This document shows, one piece after another, positions 1 through 9,828 of a DNA stretch of 64,000 bases. The notes beneath the pieces are model-generated. The model was not told where the DNA came from and did no database searches. It saw only the letters and a list, made by a program, of their open reading frames with translations. Positions within the stretch are counted from its first letter, which is position 1; each line of letters starts with the position of its first letter. Made by a program: the position numbers and the translations under genes. This DNA is from a virus: positions 29,085 to 93,084 of the IMG/VR virus record IMGVR_UViG_3300027710_000017; one strand, 5' to 3'.

Positions 1-1101
1 GGCTGCACGGCCTAGAGCTAGGACCCAGTCGGCATCGTAAGCAATCTGTCTAGACCAGGCTGTCTGGCCAAGAGTTGGAACTGTGTCTAGCTTTGTGACA
101 TCGTCTGGTGTTGCAGAAGAAATTGCCATGATCGGAACCTGCTCAGAAATAGCCATAAGCTTTAGTTCACGAGAAAGGTTTTTCATTCTAACAGTTTCGT
201 TATCTGACTTTTGGTTTGGAGACATTAGCTGTAGGTAGTCAACCACGACAAAGTCTGGCTTATACTGATCTAATTTTCCTCTAAGCACAGATGGGTTTAC
301 ATCGCCACCACTATCATTAGAGATAATGTGAAACTCTGGTTTGCCTTCAAGATTTTTTTCGTGCCACTTAGCTAGATCTTCTAAATCTACCTGACCACTA
401 GAAAGCTTCCTATGAGACCAAAGACCTTCTCCCATGATAGCGTACACACGATTACGAACTTCAGTTTCGCTCATTTCAAGACTGACAATCATTGGGGACT
501 TGCCCTGCTTCCAGGCTTGCACGGCAAAGTAAAGACTTAGCCAAGACTTTCCAATACCTGGATAAGCCAAGAAGACTCCTAGCTGTCCTGGCATAATTCC
601 AGCTGGCAAGTAGTTGTCAAATCCTGGAAGCCCAGTCTTAATGCCAATGAACCCTAGCTCCTGATCTCTCTGAAGCTTTTTGTAATACTCTATAGCAGAG
701 GCTAAATCGGTTGCGTCAATATCTCGGATTGCTGAGGTATTTTTCTTGAGCTCAGAAGTCTTTGTAATTAGAGACTCTAGTGCAGCAACACTACTACCAC
801 CCTGAATTTCTGTAGCTGCAGAAACCAAGATTTCTTTTATGCTGCTCTCAAGGTATTCGCCCTGAAGCTCTTCAAGATGATGCTTCGTAGCCCCGACTCC
901 ATCAACTGGAGAAAAGTCCCTAAACTTTTCAACTACTACGGACTTTGGTGGAACGGATCCATTAATCTCTGCATACTTACGAATAAACTGCCAAATATCG
1001 GTATGGGTACGCAAAAGCTTTTCCACATCTGCCTGAAGCAGAACGTGGAGCTGCTTGTCCTCTAGGACCGCAGATATTAGTTTGTCTTCTACGCTACTCA
1101 C
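1..1101 (-). CDS. dnaB: DnaB-like replicative helicase (3' end outside window)
   Basis: Not in ORF track. Manual translation from GTG at 1101 gives MSSVEDKLISAVL..., Walker A AYPGIGKS, SLEMS, VVVDYLQLM, LSRELKLMA and IAYDADWVL motifs. Confidence 0.93.
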   Translation of the reverse strand, partial: MSSVEDKLISAVLEDKQLHVLLQADVEKLLRTHTDIWQFIRKYAEINGSVPPKSVVVEKFRDFSPVDGVGATKHHLEELQGEYLESSIKEILVSAATEIQGGSSVAALESLITKTSELKKNTSAIRDIDATDLASAIEYYKKLQRDQELGFIGIKTGLPGFDNYLPAGIMPGQLGVFLAYPGIGKSWLSLYFAVQAWKQGKSPMIVSLEMSETEVRNRVYAIMGEGLWSHRKLSSGQVDLEDLAKWHEKNLEGKPEFHIISNDSGGDVNPSVLRGKLDQYKPDFVVVDYLQLMSPNQKSDNETVRMKNLSRELKLMAISEQVPIMAISSATPDDVTKLDTVPTLGQTAWSRQIAYDADWVLALGRAA

Positions 1102-1402
1102 TTAGCCACTCTTTCGCTTTCTTTCTTCTTTCAATTCTCTGAGCTGTATCCTCTTCGATACGTGATTTAGACTCAATTAGCTTATCTATGTTGCTTGCAA
1201 AATTCTTCCAATTTGGAGTTGGGTATACATCAAAGTAGTACTCTAGCATTTCGTAGCACACGTGCATTCCATAAGAGTCTATGATTGCGTCTGCTGCCCA
1301 AGCTTCGGCCCACCTATTAAGATTTGGCTTTATGTCATATTTGAACTTGTAGTGCTTTTCAAATTTGCTGAGCAAGGCCATCTGGTCTTTGCGCTCAGCC
1401 AT
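1094..1402 (-). CDS. hypothetical protein upstream of helicase (possible loader)
   Basis: 102-aa ORF overlapping the helicase start. Confidence 0.7.
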   Translation of the reverse strand: MAERKDQMALLSKFEKHYKFKYDIKPNLNRWAEAWAADAIIDSYGMHVCYEMLEYYFDVYPTPNWKNFASNIDKLIESKSRIEEDTAQRIERRKKAKEWLSE

Positions 1403-1403
1403 T

Positions 1404-1613
1404 CTACTTGGCCTCTACCTCAGCCGATGCCTCTTTAACCTTAGAGGCTAACTTGTCCTCAACAAAAGCATAGACACGCTCAAAGGCATCTCCGATGTTC
1501 TCACCATCACGCTTGTTGTCTTGGATCTCTACGTCAATTCGTAGTGACTGAAAGTTTCCTAGATTAAGAGTATAGCCTAAAGCAACCCTTACCTTAGTTT
1601 CTTCGTTATTCAT
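1404..1613 (-). CDS. conserved phage hypothetical protein
   Basis: ORF with TLNLGNFQSLRIDV motif, tightly packed in operon. Confidence 0.75.
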   Translation of the reverse strand: MNNEETKVRVALGYTLNLGNFQSLRIDVEIQDNKRDGENIGDAFERVYAFVEDKLASKVKEASAEVEAK

Positions 1614-1625
1614 ACCCGTTTCTTT

Positions 1626-2156
1626 CTATATAGATTCTGACCAAATCGGAATGAATCTTCCGTCTTCAGTTCTTGTATATGTCAGTATACCATCGCCCAT
1701 CCTTCTTGTCAACTCCTGGATGGATGGAGTTACATCATTTGTAATTAACTTATCTTTCCTAGGTCTTCCCATGTGGTAAGATGCAAGTATATCACGAACT
1801 TCTCTTATTTGCGATTCTGAGTAATAGCTTCTTACCTGCCAGCCAGTTTCTCCGCCTTTTTGTGATCCAGTAGGATATGGAATTATACCACGCTTCATTA
1901 AGTTTGGCAAGTATTTTTTGTGACGATTTACGAGCTCTGCTGTTTGGCCAACAGTATAAGCCCTTTGTCTATTTTTTTTAAAGTCTGATATTAAACAACT
2001 TTCTATCTGATCCTTAATTATATTATAAACAGACATAATTCCATTAGACTTATTTAAGTGATGAATTCTTACCAAGTCTCCATTTAAGAACCAAACCTTT
2101 TTACTTCCAGGAATGACTGGAGCGCTATTGTATAGAGCCATGTCCGTTAGTGGCAT
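1626..2156 (-). CDS. MerR-like HTH DNA-binding protein
   Basis: YTVGQTAELVNRH...RGIIP...RSYYSESQI pattern typical of MerR-type HTH. Confidence 0.7.
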   Translation of the reverse strand: MPLTDMALYNSAPVIPGSKKVWFLNGDLVRIHHLNKSNGIMSVYNIIKDQIESCLISDFKKNRQRAYTVGQTAELVNRHKKYLPNLMKRGIIPYPTGSQKGGETGWQVRSYYSESQIREVRDILASYHMGRPRKDKLITNDVTPSIQELTRRMGDGILTYTRTEDGRFIPIWSESI

Positions 2157-2163
2157 GAAAAAC

Positions 2164-2616
2164 CTAGCTTGGGATTCCTACTGCAAGAATATTAATACCT
2201 ATAGACGCAGTACCACTTGTTCCAAATTTTACAACGCCTTCAATTCTAGATGTAGTGACCAAAGTTAAAACAACAGAAACGTCACCACCACTTTCAGTTC
2301 CAGATACGTTAATTGGTGTTGCTGTTACAATAGGTGGATATTTAAAATCGGCAGCTGGGAAGTTATATGAAAAGCTCGTCGACGATCCAGCTGTGACATC
2401 AGTATTTGGTGCAAGTTCATAGTACCCTCCGACAACCCTAGTGTCAGCAATACGAACATCCTGCCTACCGATGTTTGCGGCAGGGGTTTCAATTGAGCTA
2501 AACTTATTTGAAGAGTATGAGGCTTGAAGGGAAAGCTGATTTACAGCATTTGCAAGCTGATAGATATACGAAAGGTCAAGTGGTTGCCCTCGCTCTGGTA
2601 CTGGAATGTTTGCCAT
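2164..2616 (-). CDS. tail tip / minor tail protein
   Basis: Last gene of tail block; beta-rich C-terminus FKYPPIVTATP...INILAVG. Confidence 0.55.
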   Translation of the reverse strand: MANIPVPERGQPLDLSYIYQLANAVNQLSLQASYSSNKFSSIETPAANIGRQDVRIADTRVVGGYYELAPNTDVTAGSSTSFSYNFPAADFKYPPIVTATPINVSGTESGGDVSVVLTLVTTSRIEGVVKFGTSGTASIGINILAVGIPS

Positions 2617-2634
2617 TTTTCTCCTAAACTAATA

Positions 2635-3057
2635 TTATACCAGAGGTATAATCTCCGATTCGTAAATCTCTAAAGCAACGCTGCGGGTCTTAGATATTCC
2701 AGATACCTGAATCGCATACCTAAAAGACTCTGTTGCTTGGTTGATAAAGCTATAGGTGTGAACAGAAGACGATCCATGGTAAAAATAATCATCATTATCA
2801 AACTTAACAAAGATATCATATTCTGGCCTGCTCTCTTCATCTTCCCATACCACAGTTACAATATCTGGGCTTTGAATATACTTAGAATCTACTGGTGTGG
2901 GTGGTTTAGCATTTAAAGAAAAAACTGGAGACCAGGCAGAGACTCTGTTTTTGTCATCCGAAACTATCCTGTATCTAACCAGATACTTATTGTCATTAGT
3001 AACGTTGGTCAGGGATGATTTTGGAATTATTACTTTTTTAATTTCCCTGTCTGCCAC
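2635..3057 (-). CDS. minor tail protein
   Basis: Position; YLVRYRIVSDDKNRVSAWSP FN3-like motif. Confidence 0.55.
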   Translation of the reverse strand: MADREIKKVIIPKSSLTNVTNDNKYLVRYRIVSDDKNRVSAWSPVFSLNAKPPTPVDSKYIQSPDIVTVVWEDEESRPEYDIFVKFDNDDYFYHGSSSVHTYSFINQATESFRYAIQVSGISKTRSVALEIYESEIIPLV

Positions 3058-4229
3058 TAGTCTACCCCAATTGCAATTCTAAATTCAATATAGTTTGATG
3101 TATTTGAAGACTTTACTATTGGCAATGCCCCGTCGGATTTTATAACAGAATAACCAGTAAGGCCGTATAGTGGGTTTGTGGTTGTAAGATTTTCGAGTCT
3201 CATTCCATCTATAGCAATGTAGTAATCTGAAGACCCCTCTCCATCCTTAGAAACTTCGGCATAAACTCTTGCAGTATTTGCAGTGTTCCAGTTAAATCCA
3301 GGTGTGTAGTAAAGATCCTGTATTTGTTTTGAGGACACAAAGTATCTATTCTGAGTAAAGTTTTTTTCTTCTGGAGCAGTTCCAGAGGAAAATGCAGTGT
3401 GATCAATGTTTACAGCAAAGCTTGCATACTGCTGCGGAGTGGTTGATGAGAAAAATCTAACCAATACCTTTAGATTGTCTGGCACGTTAGAATCTTCGCC
3501 ATCCTTATTGATCAAAGAGAAGGCAAGCTTGATTCTGTCTGTTGGTGCATTTTTGCTAAAACTAAAAGATGTTTGAGCTCTTTCTATATAATTTCCAGAA
3601 GCAACCGTCACGCCCTGATTAACATCACTCTGTAGTTCTGAGCTATCTCCAACAATCATAATCATGTTATTGAAGAACCTACATCTTTCGTTCCTGTTAA
3701 CTCTAGTGCTATCTGTAAAAATTCTATTGTCTGCATTGGTATGGAATATTGGAGTTTCCCTCATTGTTCCATTCACAATATACTCACCAGTGATTACGTT
3801 ATTCCCAGCAGTATCTAGTGGTGCATAGACTGAAGGGATCTCGTCTGACCCTAAATACTTCCAGCCTTCTGTTTGATTAAACAAGAAAAAGTTTTTGCTG
3901 TCAAATGCCCCTGCTGATGGGTTTGACTGTGCTGGAAAAATTCCAACCTCTGTAATCTCGTATCGCTCTTCTGTAGGCAATTCAGCAGTTAAGACTAGTT
4001 TAGTCAAATTGTTTTCATTAATATAGCCTTTTGAAATAATGGGAACACGAAACATTTCAAAGTCTAACGACTTCTTCTCTGAATACTCTGCCTTTTGTTC
4101 CTCAGTAAATCCTGAAGTTTCACTATTCAATGCAGAGGGTCCGCAACCAACAGCAATATATGAGGCATAGGCTGGCGTCTGACCAACCAAATATTTGGCT
4201 AGTATGCCTTTTCCTGTATTTGTAATCAC
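3057..4229 (-). CDS. baseplate/tail protein
   Basis: MITNTGKGILAKYL...YIAVGCG...ITEVGIF N-terminus typical of baseplate/fibre-attachment proteins. Confidence 0.65.
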   Translation of the reverse strand: MITNTGKGILAKYLVGQTPAYASYIAVGCGPSALNSETSGFTEEQKAEYSEKKSLDFEMFRVPIISKGYINENNLTKLVLTAELPTEERYEITEVGIFPAQSNPSAGAFDSKNFFLFNQTEGWKYLGSDEIPSVYAPLDTAGNNVITGEYIVNGTMRETPIFHTNADNRIFTDSTRVNRNERCRFFNNMIMIVGDSSELQSDVNQGVTVASGNYIERAQTSFSFSKNAPTDRIKLAFSLINKDGEDSNVPDNLKVLVRFFSSTTPQQYASFAVNIDHTAFSSGTAPEEKNFTQNRYFVSSKQIQDLYYTPGFNWNTANTARVYAEVSKDGEGSSDYYIAIDGMRLENLTTTNPLYGLTGYSVIKSDGALPIVKSSNTSNYIEFRIAIGVD

Positions 4230-4768
4230 TACGAAAGCTCCTCAGAATATATTGTATCATGTAGCTCCCGAATATTGGAGATAATTTGTACCTCAACTTG
4301 CTCTTCTGGCTTTAAGTTAATTAGATCAATCACTATATCGCCAGTATTTGGCTCTACATAAACATACTCACAGGTAGAAATAGACAGCTGTGGCTCGCCT
4401 GGGGCAGTAAAGATGTAGTATCCACTGCCGCACTCTGGAGTTTTATTAGAAAGAGAGATTGCAAAATTCTTAAAGTAGTCCCTGTCTGTTCTTGACAAAG
4501 GAATAATATTGTCTGACCTATACTGATACGACAAGCCAGAAAGATTTTTGATAGGCTGATACGTCACATTTTGACCATTTATAATATCATTTCTAACAAT
4601 GTTAATTATTTCCTGGCCACCGATATCTTCAAATATCAGATCAACCATGACGTCTTCTGTTAGCGTGCTATCAGAGAAGTTTAACAACTCTGGCGTTGCA
4701 ATTTTTACAGAGCTAGATGTGCTTGAGTTATAAACTTTTTTATCTACTGATAATGGCTTAGATTCCAT
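4229..4768 (-). CDS. minor tail protein
   Basis: Translationally coupled within tail operon. Confidence 0.55.
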   Translation of the reverse strand: MESKPLSVDKKVYNSSTSSSVKIATPELLNFSDSTLTEDVMVDLIFEDIGGQEIINIVRNDIINGQNVTYQPIKNLSGLSYQYRSDNIIPLSRTDRDYFKNFAISLSNKTPECGSGYYIFTAPGEPQLSISTCEYVYVEPNTGDIVIDLINLKPEEQVEVQIISNIRELHDTIYSEELS

Positions 4769-7700
4769 TATGCTACCTCACTTAAAAATATAGACATCTC
4801 TGGACCCTCTGTAGTTCCAGAATATTCTATTTGATAAACTACAAACCTGTCAGCCTCTAAAGCTACTTGATCCACATTATCACTGTCCTTATAGTTAATC
4901 TTTACGATATCACCGAGCTGCAATATTGGCATTCCAAACACGGTAAGGCCTACGGATTTTCTTGGCTTCATGATTTTAGAAATCATCCAGGACATTAGAT
5001 TTTCTGCATCGTCATGGGACTGAATGTATGGTGCGTCTAGAGTAAAGTCTTTTTTACCATGAGTTAGTCGGCTAACCTTAATGTCTTGATATTCCTGCTT
5101 AGCTTTTGCTGTATAGCTTACCAGCTGCTGTGAATCAAACTGTGTGCTAGACAAATCACTATTTTTATCGAAGTACTCATCTACCGTTAGCTCGTGTGTC
5201 GACTGTTGGGTAAATGTTACACCCTGAATTCTTAAATAGTTGTTGCTTGTTTCGTCTAGGCTTAAAGCCGTGTCTGTTGCATTAAATATTAAGAACTCTG
5301 CACCATAAGCAGTTGCCATAAATCCAGAAGTTGTGTAGCCCTGCATCTTATTAAAGGTTGGAGAAAGCTTAGCGTACAAAGCTGGATAAGCCTTATCATA
5401 TCTTATATTAAAGTATGCGGCTTCACGCATAATTGTGCCAAACTCTTCAAAATAGATATTATATCTTGGTGGCTCTGAAGAACTGATCCCAGAAAGATAT
5501 GTTGCCTTTATTGCGCCAGTAAGTCCATACTTTCTAAATGACTCATTCATTCCAGCTTCATCTTGTAAAAAGACATCGCTTATTGGGGTGTCTAAAGCAT
5601 AAGACGTGTTTTGAGAATAGTTGTTTGATATTGCATAAACATTTTCAAACATTGCCCTTGCACCACCACGCACAAAAAGACACATATTTTTGTGTATTGG
5701 TAGCGGATCTTCGTCTACAACTGTAGCAATTAGCTTATTATTAATGTACAGGAAGAATTTTCTAGATGCTCCAATGTCCTGGTATTCAACTGCAAGATCA
5801 TATACCGTTGGCTTAGCTTCATTTGCCATCCTGTACTGCCCAGTAAAGTTTCCGTCATCTACTAGGATTTGAGCCAAACCACCATAAAGCTTTACTGGTA
5901 TTGCTTTTGTTGTTGGCCCAGTAGCTGGCTTTGCGACCTTATAAAATAATACGTTATGAATTTCATCTGCATTGTCATATGAGTTTATGTTGTCTTCAGT
6001 CAAAGCAGCGATCTCAAAGAAATATCCATTATTTGTTTCAGGATTTACCAGAATGCCGAGTCCGCCAGACGCCCCTGAAATTATAGAAGGCTGGCTTGGG
6101 TTACTTGCAGAGCCAAGGAAGTATGAAGATGACCCAATTGGAGTCTGAATACTATTAACATTATTTTCAACCTTTCCAATAATTCTCATCCTAGACCCAA
6201 AATGCTTGTACTTATCATCTAAAGGCTTATACACATATGAAATAAAGTCAGTTGGTACGTCAGAGGTGGTGAATGCTGGTCCAGTAAATACAAAAGCAGA
6301 TGACTGCATTGTTCCTGGCGCAATCGAGTCCTCCGAAATATTCTCCAACTCTGGACGATATGTCAAAAGATTTTTCAGAATTCCAGTTCTAGAAGAGTTT
6401 TGAGCTAGGGAATTGTTTATTCCTGCTGCTCCAGAAGTAACAGACTGCGTTGATGGCTTTCCAAATAGCTGAGTTCCGTCCATGACACATCCACGAACAT
6501 TTTGATTATCTGACCAATAAGAAGGCAAGCCTGCTGAGTGAACAACAGCTTTAGTGCCAAACTGCTCCCTACCATGCTTTGCAACTGCACCTTCTGCAAG
6601 CCTGGTTTCGTTATCTGTAATGACATAATTTGGCTCTGCGTATATTCTTACTCTACCAGTTGGATACATTTTTCCATTAAATGGAAGCTTTGCAAAATAT
6701 TTTTGGTAATCTCTTACGCTAGAAATCCACACTCTGCCAATACCACCAGATACAGATGTGTCTGCAGTTATTTCTCCATTAATATTTTCCTGCAATACAG
6801 TTCTTTCTACTCCAGGAATTTCAAACTCTACAGCATCATATTTTATAATTTCGCCATTTGCATAAAAGTATCCGTTATACCTTGTAATCCAATAGACACT
6901 TTCTCCAAGATCCATTGTATTATTTTGGATAGCTCCATTAACAATAACTGGTAGCTGGTCAGTAAGAGTGGTGCTTAGCGGGATTGCCCCAAGCACGAAG
7001 TTTGACTGATTATTTACAACATCATTTACAGACTTTGTATTTTCAGAGCCAGCGACTTCCCAAAGCAGTGCTGGCTTATAGATCCAAACCTTGTCCTTGT
7101 CTATCATGCTTGCCTGCCTGATTGTCCCGTAAGACCTCTGGATATACCTGGTGCTGTAGTTAATCTTACCGCCGTTGAATACCTCATCTTTTTGACTTGC
7201 TATTTCAATGATGTTTGCCAACTTGGTACTTGTTGTTTTATTACTTATTTGTCCGTCTACAGAAAAATCTTTTGACCCATAAAGAGTTAAGTCTAGCTCT
7301 CTTTCGGATTCTGAAGGTAGCATGTACTCTTTTGACATTACGACAAGATTGTTATACTCATCAAAGAACATTGCACTTTGTGTTGACACAGCTATGTCAT
7401 TTAATACTTCTGCTAAAGATTTATCTGGGGCAACAAAAAAGCTTGGAATAATTGGCTCTGAAAGATCACTCACTCTTTTAAATACGTAATTTGAAAAACC
7501 AATAGAGTCTAGTATCATTGATACGGCATAGCTTAGTGATGCATTTTGAATGAATGTCTGAGGGGCAAGCTTTGATTCAAAGTAAAAGAATAGATCCCTA
7601 AGCTCTAGCGTCACAGATCTATCTGCTGATGTTAGGTCTGGAATTTCCTCTGAGTACATAGTTTTAATTGGAATATAATAATCGATACCGCTAACATCCA

Positions 7701-9129
7701 GGATAACCTCATAGAGCTTAAACTGAATTCCCTTATTCAGATAATTTCTAACAATGCTTTTTTGATTATAAGAGCTAAAGGCTAGATCATAGTCAAATAG
7801 CGACAGTGAGCCAACCCCAGCTAAAAGTTGTCCAACTGGCATTCCACTATTTCCTAAGTCTGATGCGGATTTAGTAATCTTAAATGACTCAACCTTATCG
7901 GAAAGGTCAACGGCAAGCCTAGGAGATAGCTCAATTAGATCTAGGGTGGAATCTACCTTGTTCATTGTATCTACGACTATGCGTATTCCAGAAATCTCGT
8001 CGAACTCTCTATACTTGATAAGTCCGTCTACTGGATCTACATAGGATGCTGGATCAGTTAGGTTTGTTGCAAAATTTGTAAGCTTGTCTACCTGAGACTC
8101 TTCTAGGTACCAGCCATATTCTGGAACAAAAACCTCATAGTCTTCAGTAGACTCTATCCAAATATGATACGTACCAATGTCTGTATCTGTTTCTTTAATT
8201 AGATAAGCATAACCATTTGTGGACGTCTCTGGCAAAAAGCTTTCTGTGTAATACTCGTCTGCTTTTACAAAGATATCTCGATAGCCTTCTGGCACCATAA
8301 GGCCATAGGACAACTCAACATATCCGTCAGACTTGATAATTGCAGATCCGTCTTGCCTTGTTGAGCTAAAGTCAAAAGAAGCAGCGTCTACCCAGTCATT
8401 ATCTTTTAGGGTTTGAACCTTCCACTTTACTGGCGTAGTTTTATTTTGATCTCCAAAAAACGGATCGTTAAAAGTTCCGCCATTGCCAGAAAATGTTCCA
8501 AAGTCTATATCTCCAACATTAGTTTGCATCTTTACAACTAGCCTATTTGCTGGCAGGATATTTTTATACACTACAAATGGAGAGGCATCGTCTATGAAGT
8601 ATTGTCCATTAATTAATTTATTTGCAATACCTCGCTCAATTCCATTCTCAGTTCTGTAGGATGACCAGTACTTAAACTGATCTTCTTTATGTGACATGTA
8701 ATATCTAGGTCTTCTAATCATGTCAATGTTAGTGAAATGAGTATACTTTCCAGGAAAATATCTAAGCTTGTTAATTCCAGAGCGTGGCCTGAATTTTCCA
8801 AAACAATCTTCTAAGGAATAAAGTAGTCTTTCTTTTTCTTTTTTAGGAGTAAAAAGAATTGGAGTTTCGTCATCATCCTCAAGTCCGCCGTCTACGACAA
8901 CGTCGGCATCAGTAGCGTTTGTATAAAAATTACCAGAGTCATTTTCGTCAAATGAGGTTACTGCTAGGCCATAATCGCTAGATGGGCCCTCTGATGGACG
9001 ATATCTGTAGTTACCAATCTTTAGAATGTTTTCTGCAATATTCATATTCCATTCTGCAATGACTGCAGAATTGCTTTTAATTGTAGAGGATGTTTCTAAA
9101 TGATTTAATAATTCATCATCTTTAAACAT
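4768..9129 (-). CDS. large tail tip / baseplate hub protein
   Basis: 1453 aa, second gene after tape measure; hub-like motifs (AMFFDEYNNLVV, LQLGDIVKI). Confidence 0.75.
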   Translation of the reverse strand: MFKDDELLNHLETSSTIKSNSAVIAEWNMNIAENILKIGNYRYRPSEGPSSDYGLAVTSFDENDSGNFYTNATDADVVVDGGLEDDDETPILFTPKKEKERLLYSLEDCFGKFRPRSGINKLRYFPGKYTHFTNIDMIRRPRYYMSHKEDQFKYWSSYRTENGIERGIANKLINGQYFIDDASPFVVYKNILPANRLVVKMQTNVGDIDFGTFSGNGGTFNDPFFGDQNKTTPVKWKVQTLKDNDWVDAASFDFSSTRQDGSAIIKSDGYVELSYGLMVPEGYRDIFVKADEYYTESFLPETSTNGYAYLIKETDTDIGTYHIWIESTEDYEVFVPEYGWYLEESQVDKLTNFATNLTDPASYVDPVDGLIKYREFDEISGIRIVVDTMNKVDSTLDLIELSPRLAVDLSDKVESFKITKSASDLGNSGMPVGQLLAGVGSLSLFDYDLAFSSYNQKSIVRNYLNKGIQFKLYEVILDVSGIDYYIPIKTMYSEEIPDLTSADRSVTLELRDLFFYFESKLAPQTFIQNASLSYAVSMILDSIGFSNYVFKRVSDLSEPIIPSFFVAPDKSLAEVLNDIAVSTQSAMFFDEYNNLVVMSKEYMLPSESERELDLTLYGSKDFSVDGQISNKTTSTKLANIIEIASQKDEVFNGGKINYSTRYIQRSYGTIRQASMIDKDKVWIYKPALLWEVAGSENTKSVNDVVNNQSNFVLGAIPLSTTLTDQLPVIVNGAIQNNTMDLGESVYWITRYNGYFYANGEIIKYDAVEFEIPGVERTVLQENINGEITADTSVSGGIGRVWISSVRDYQKYFAKLPFNGKMYPTGRVRIYAEPNYVITDNETRLAEGAVAKHGREQFGTKAVVHSAGLPSYWSDNQNVRGCVMDGTQLFGKPSTQSVTSGAAGINNSLAQNSSRTGILKNLLTYRPELENISEDSIAPGTMQSSAFVFTGPAFTTSDVPTDFISYVYKPLDDKYKHFGSRMRIIGKVENNVNSIQTPIGSSSYFLGSASNPSQPSIISGASGGLGILVNPETNNGYFFEIAALTEDNINSYDNADEIHNVLFYKVAKPATGPTTKAIPVKLYGGLAQILVDDGNFTGQYRMANEAKPTVYDLAVEYQDIGASRKFFLYINNKLIATVVDEDPLPIHKNMCLFVRGGARAMFENVYAISNNYSQNTSYALDTPISDVFLQDEAGMNESFRKYGLTGAIKATYLSGISSSEPPRYNIYFEEFGTIMREAAYFNIRYDKAYPALYAKLSPTFNKMQGYTTSGFMATAYGAEFLIFNATDTALSLDETSNNYLRIQGVTFTQQSTHELTVDEYFDKNSDLSSTQFDSQQLVSYTAKAKQEYQDIKVSRLTHGKKDFTLDAPYIQSHDDAENLMSWMISKIMKPRKSVGLTVFGMPILQLGDIVKINYKDSDNVDQVALEADRFVVYQIEYSGTTEGPEMSIFLSEVA

Positions 9130-9828
9130 TTACACCTCTTCCAGCGTTACCGATATGTTCCAAAAATCATGGGTACTGGATCCACGCTTAACAACAGTAT
9201 AGGAAAAATCTGAAATAAACATTTCAATCAGTTGATTATAGTGTGGCAAATGCGAATATGTTTCACTATTGTTTTCAAAAACAGAATACTTGTCGTATGC
9301 AAGGTACACCCAAAAAGAACCTTTGTAGTTTTCGTACCATCTCAAAATTTCTACTCCACCTGCGCCACCATCTGTTGTATACTGCTCAGAAGAGTTTGTT
9401 GTATTAGGCAAGATTATGAATGATCCATCGTCTCCTGGCTCTCTAGATCCTACAGTATTTAAATCTGACTTACCAGTTGCCTGGTCAAAATTTGGGCTTA
9501 GCTTATGAGACCTAGATGGTAGCATATTCCAAGAAGTAGAAACTGTTAGTTTATCTGCAATATGATAAGACCTCATCCTACCATTTACCATTCTTTTTCT
9601 ATTCTCAATTCTTGTTGGGGTAAACTCTATTGAGGACCTGTTGTCGTCAGATAGAATTAGAAATTGTCCTAGGCTACCTGTTTGAGCATTAAAGCTTGTC
9701 TCAGAGTTAACCTCAAGACCGCTGGGGATGTATAGTCCATCTACAAGCGTGCCAGGGTTTTCAGACCATAGCATAGCTTGTGGTCTTTGATATTTTTTAC
9801 GGCCTAGCATGTAGTCTTCTGTAGCCAT
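9130..9828 (-). CDS. distal tail protein (Dit-like)
   Basis: Directly after tape measure; RMVNGRMRSYHIADK and WNISVTLEEV motifs. Confidence 0.65.
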   Translation of the reverse strand: MATEDYMLGRKKYQRPQAMLWSENPGTLVDGLYIPSGLEVNSETSFNAQTGSLGQFLILSDDNRSSIEFTPTRIENRKRMVNGRMRSYHIADKLTVSTSWNMLPSRSHKLSPNFDQATGKSDLNTVGSREPGDDGSFIILPNTTNSSEQYTTDGGAGGVEILRWYENYKGSFWVYLAYDKYSVFENNSETYSHLPHYNQLIEMFISDFSYTVVKRGSSTHDFWNISVTLEEV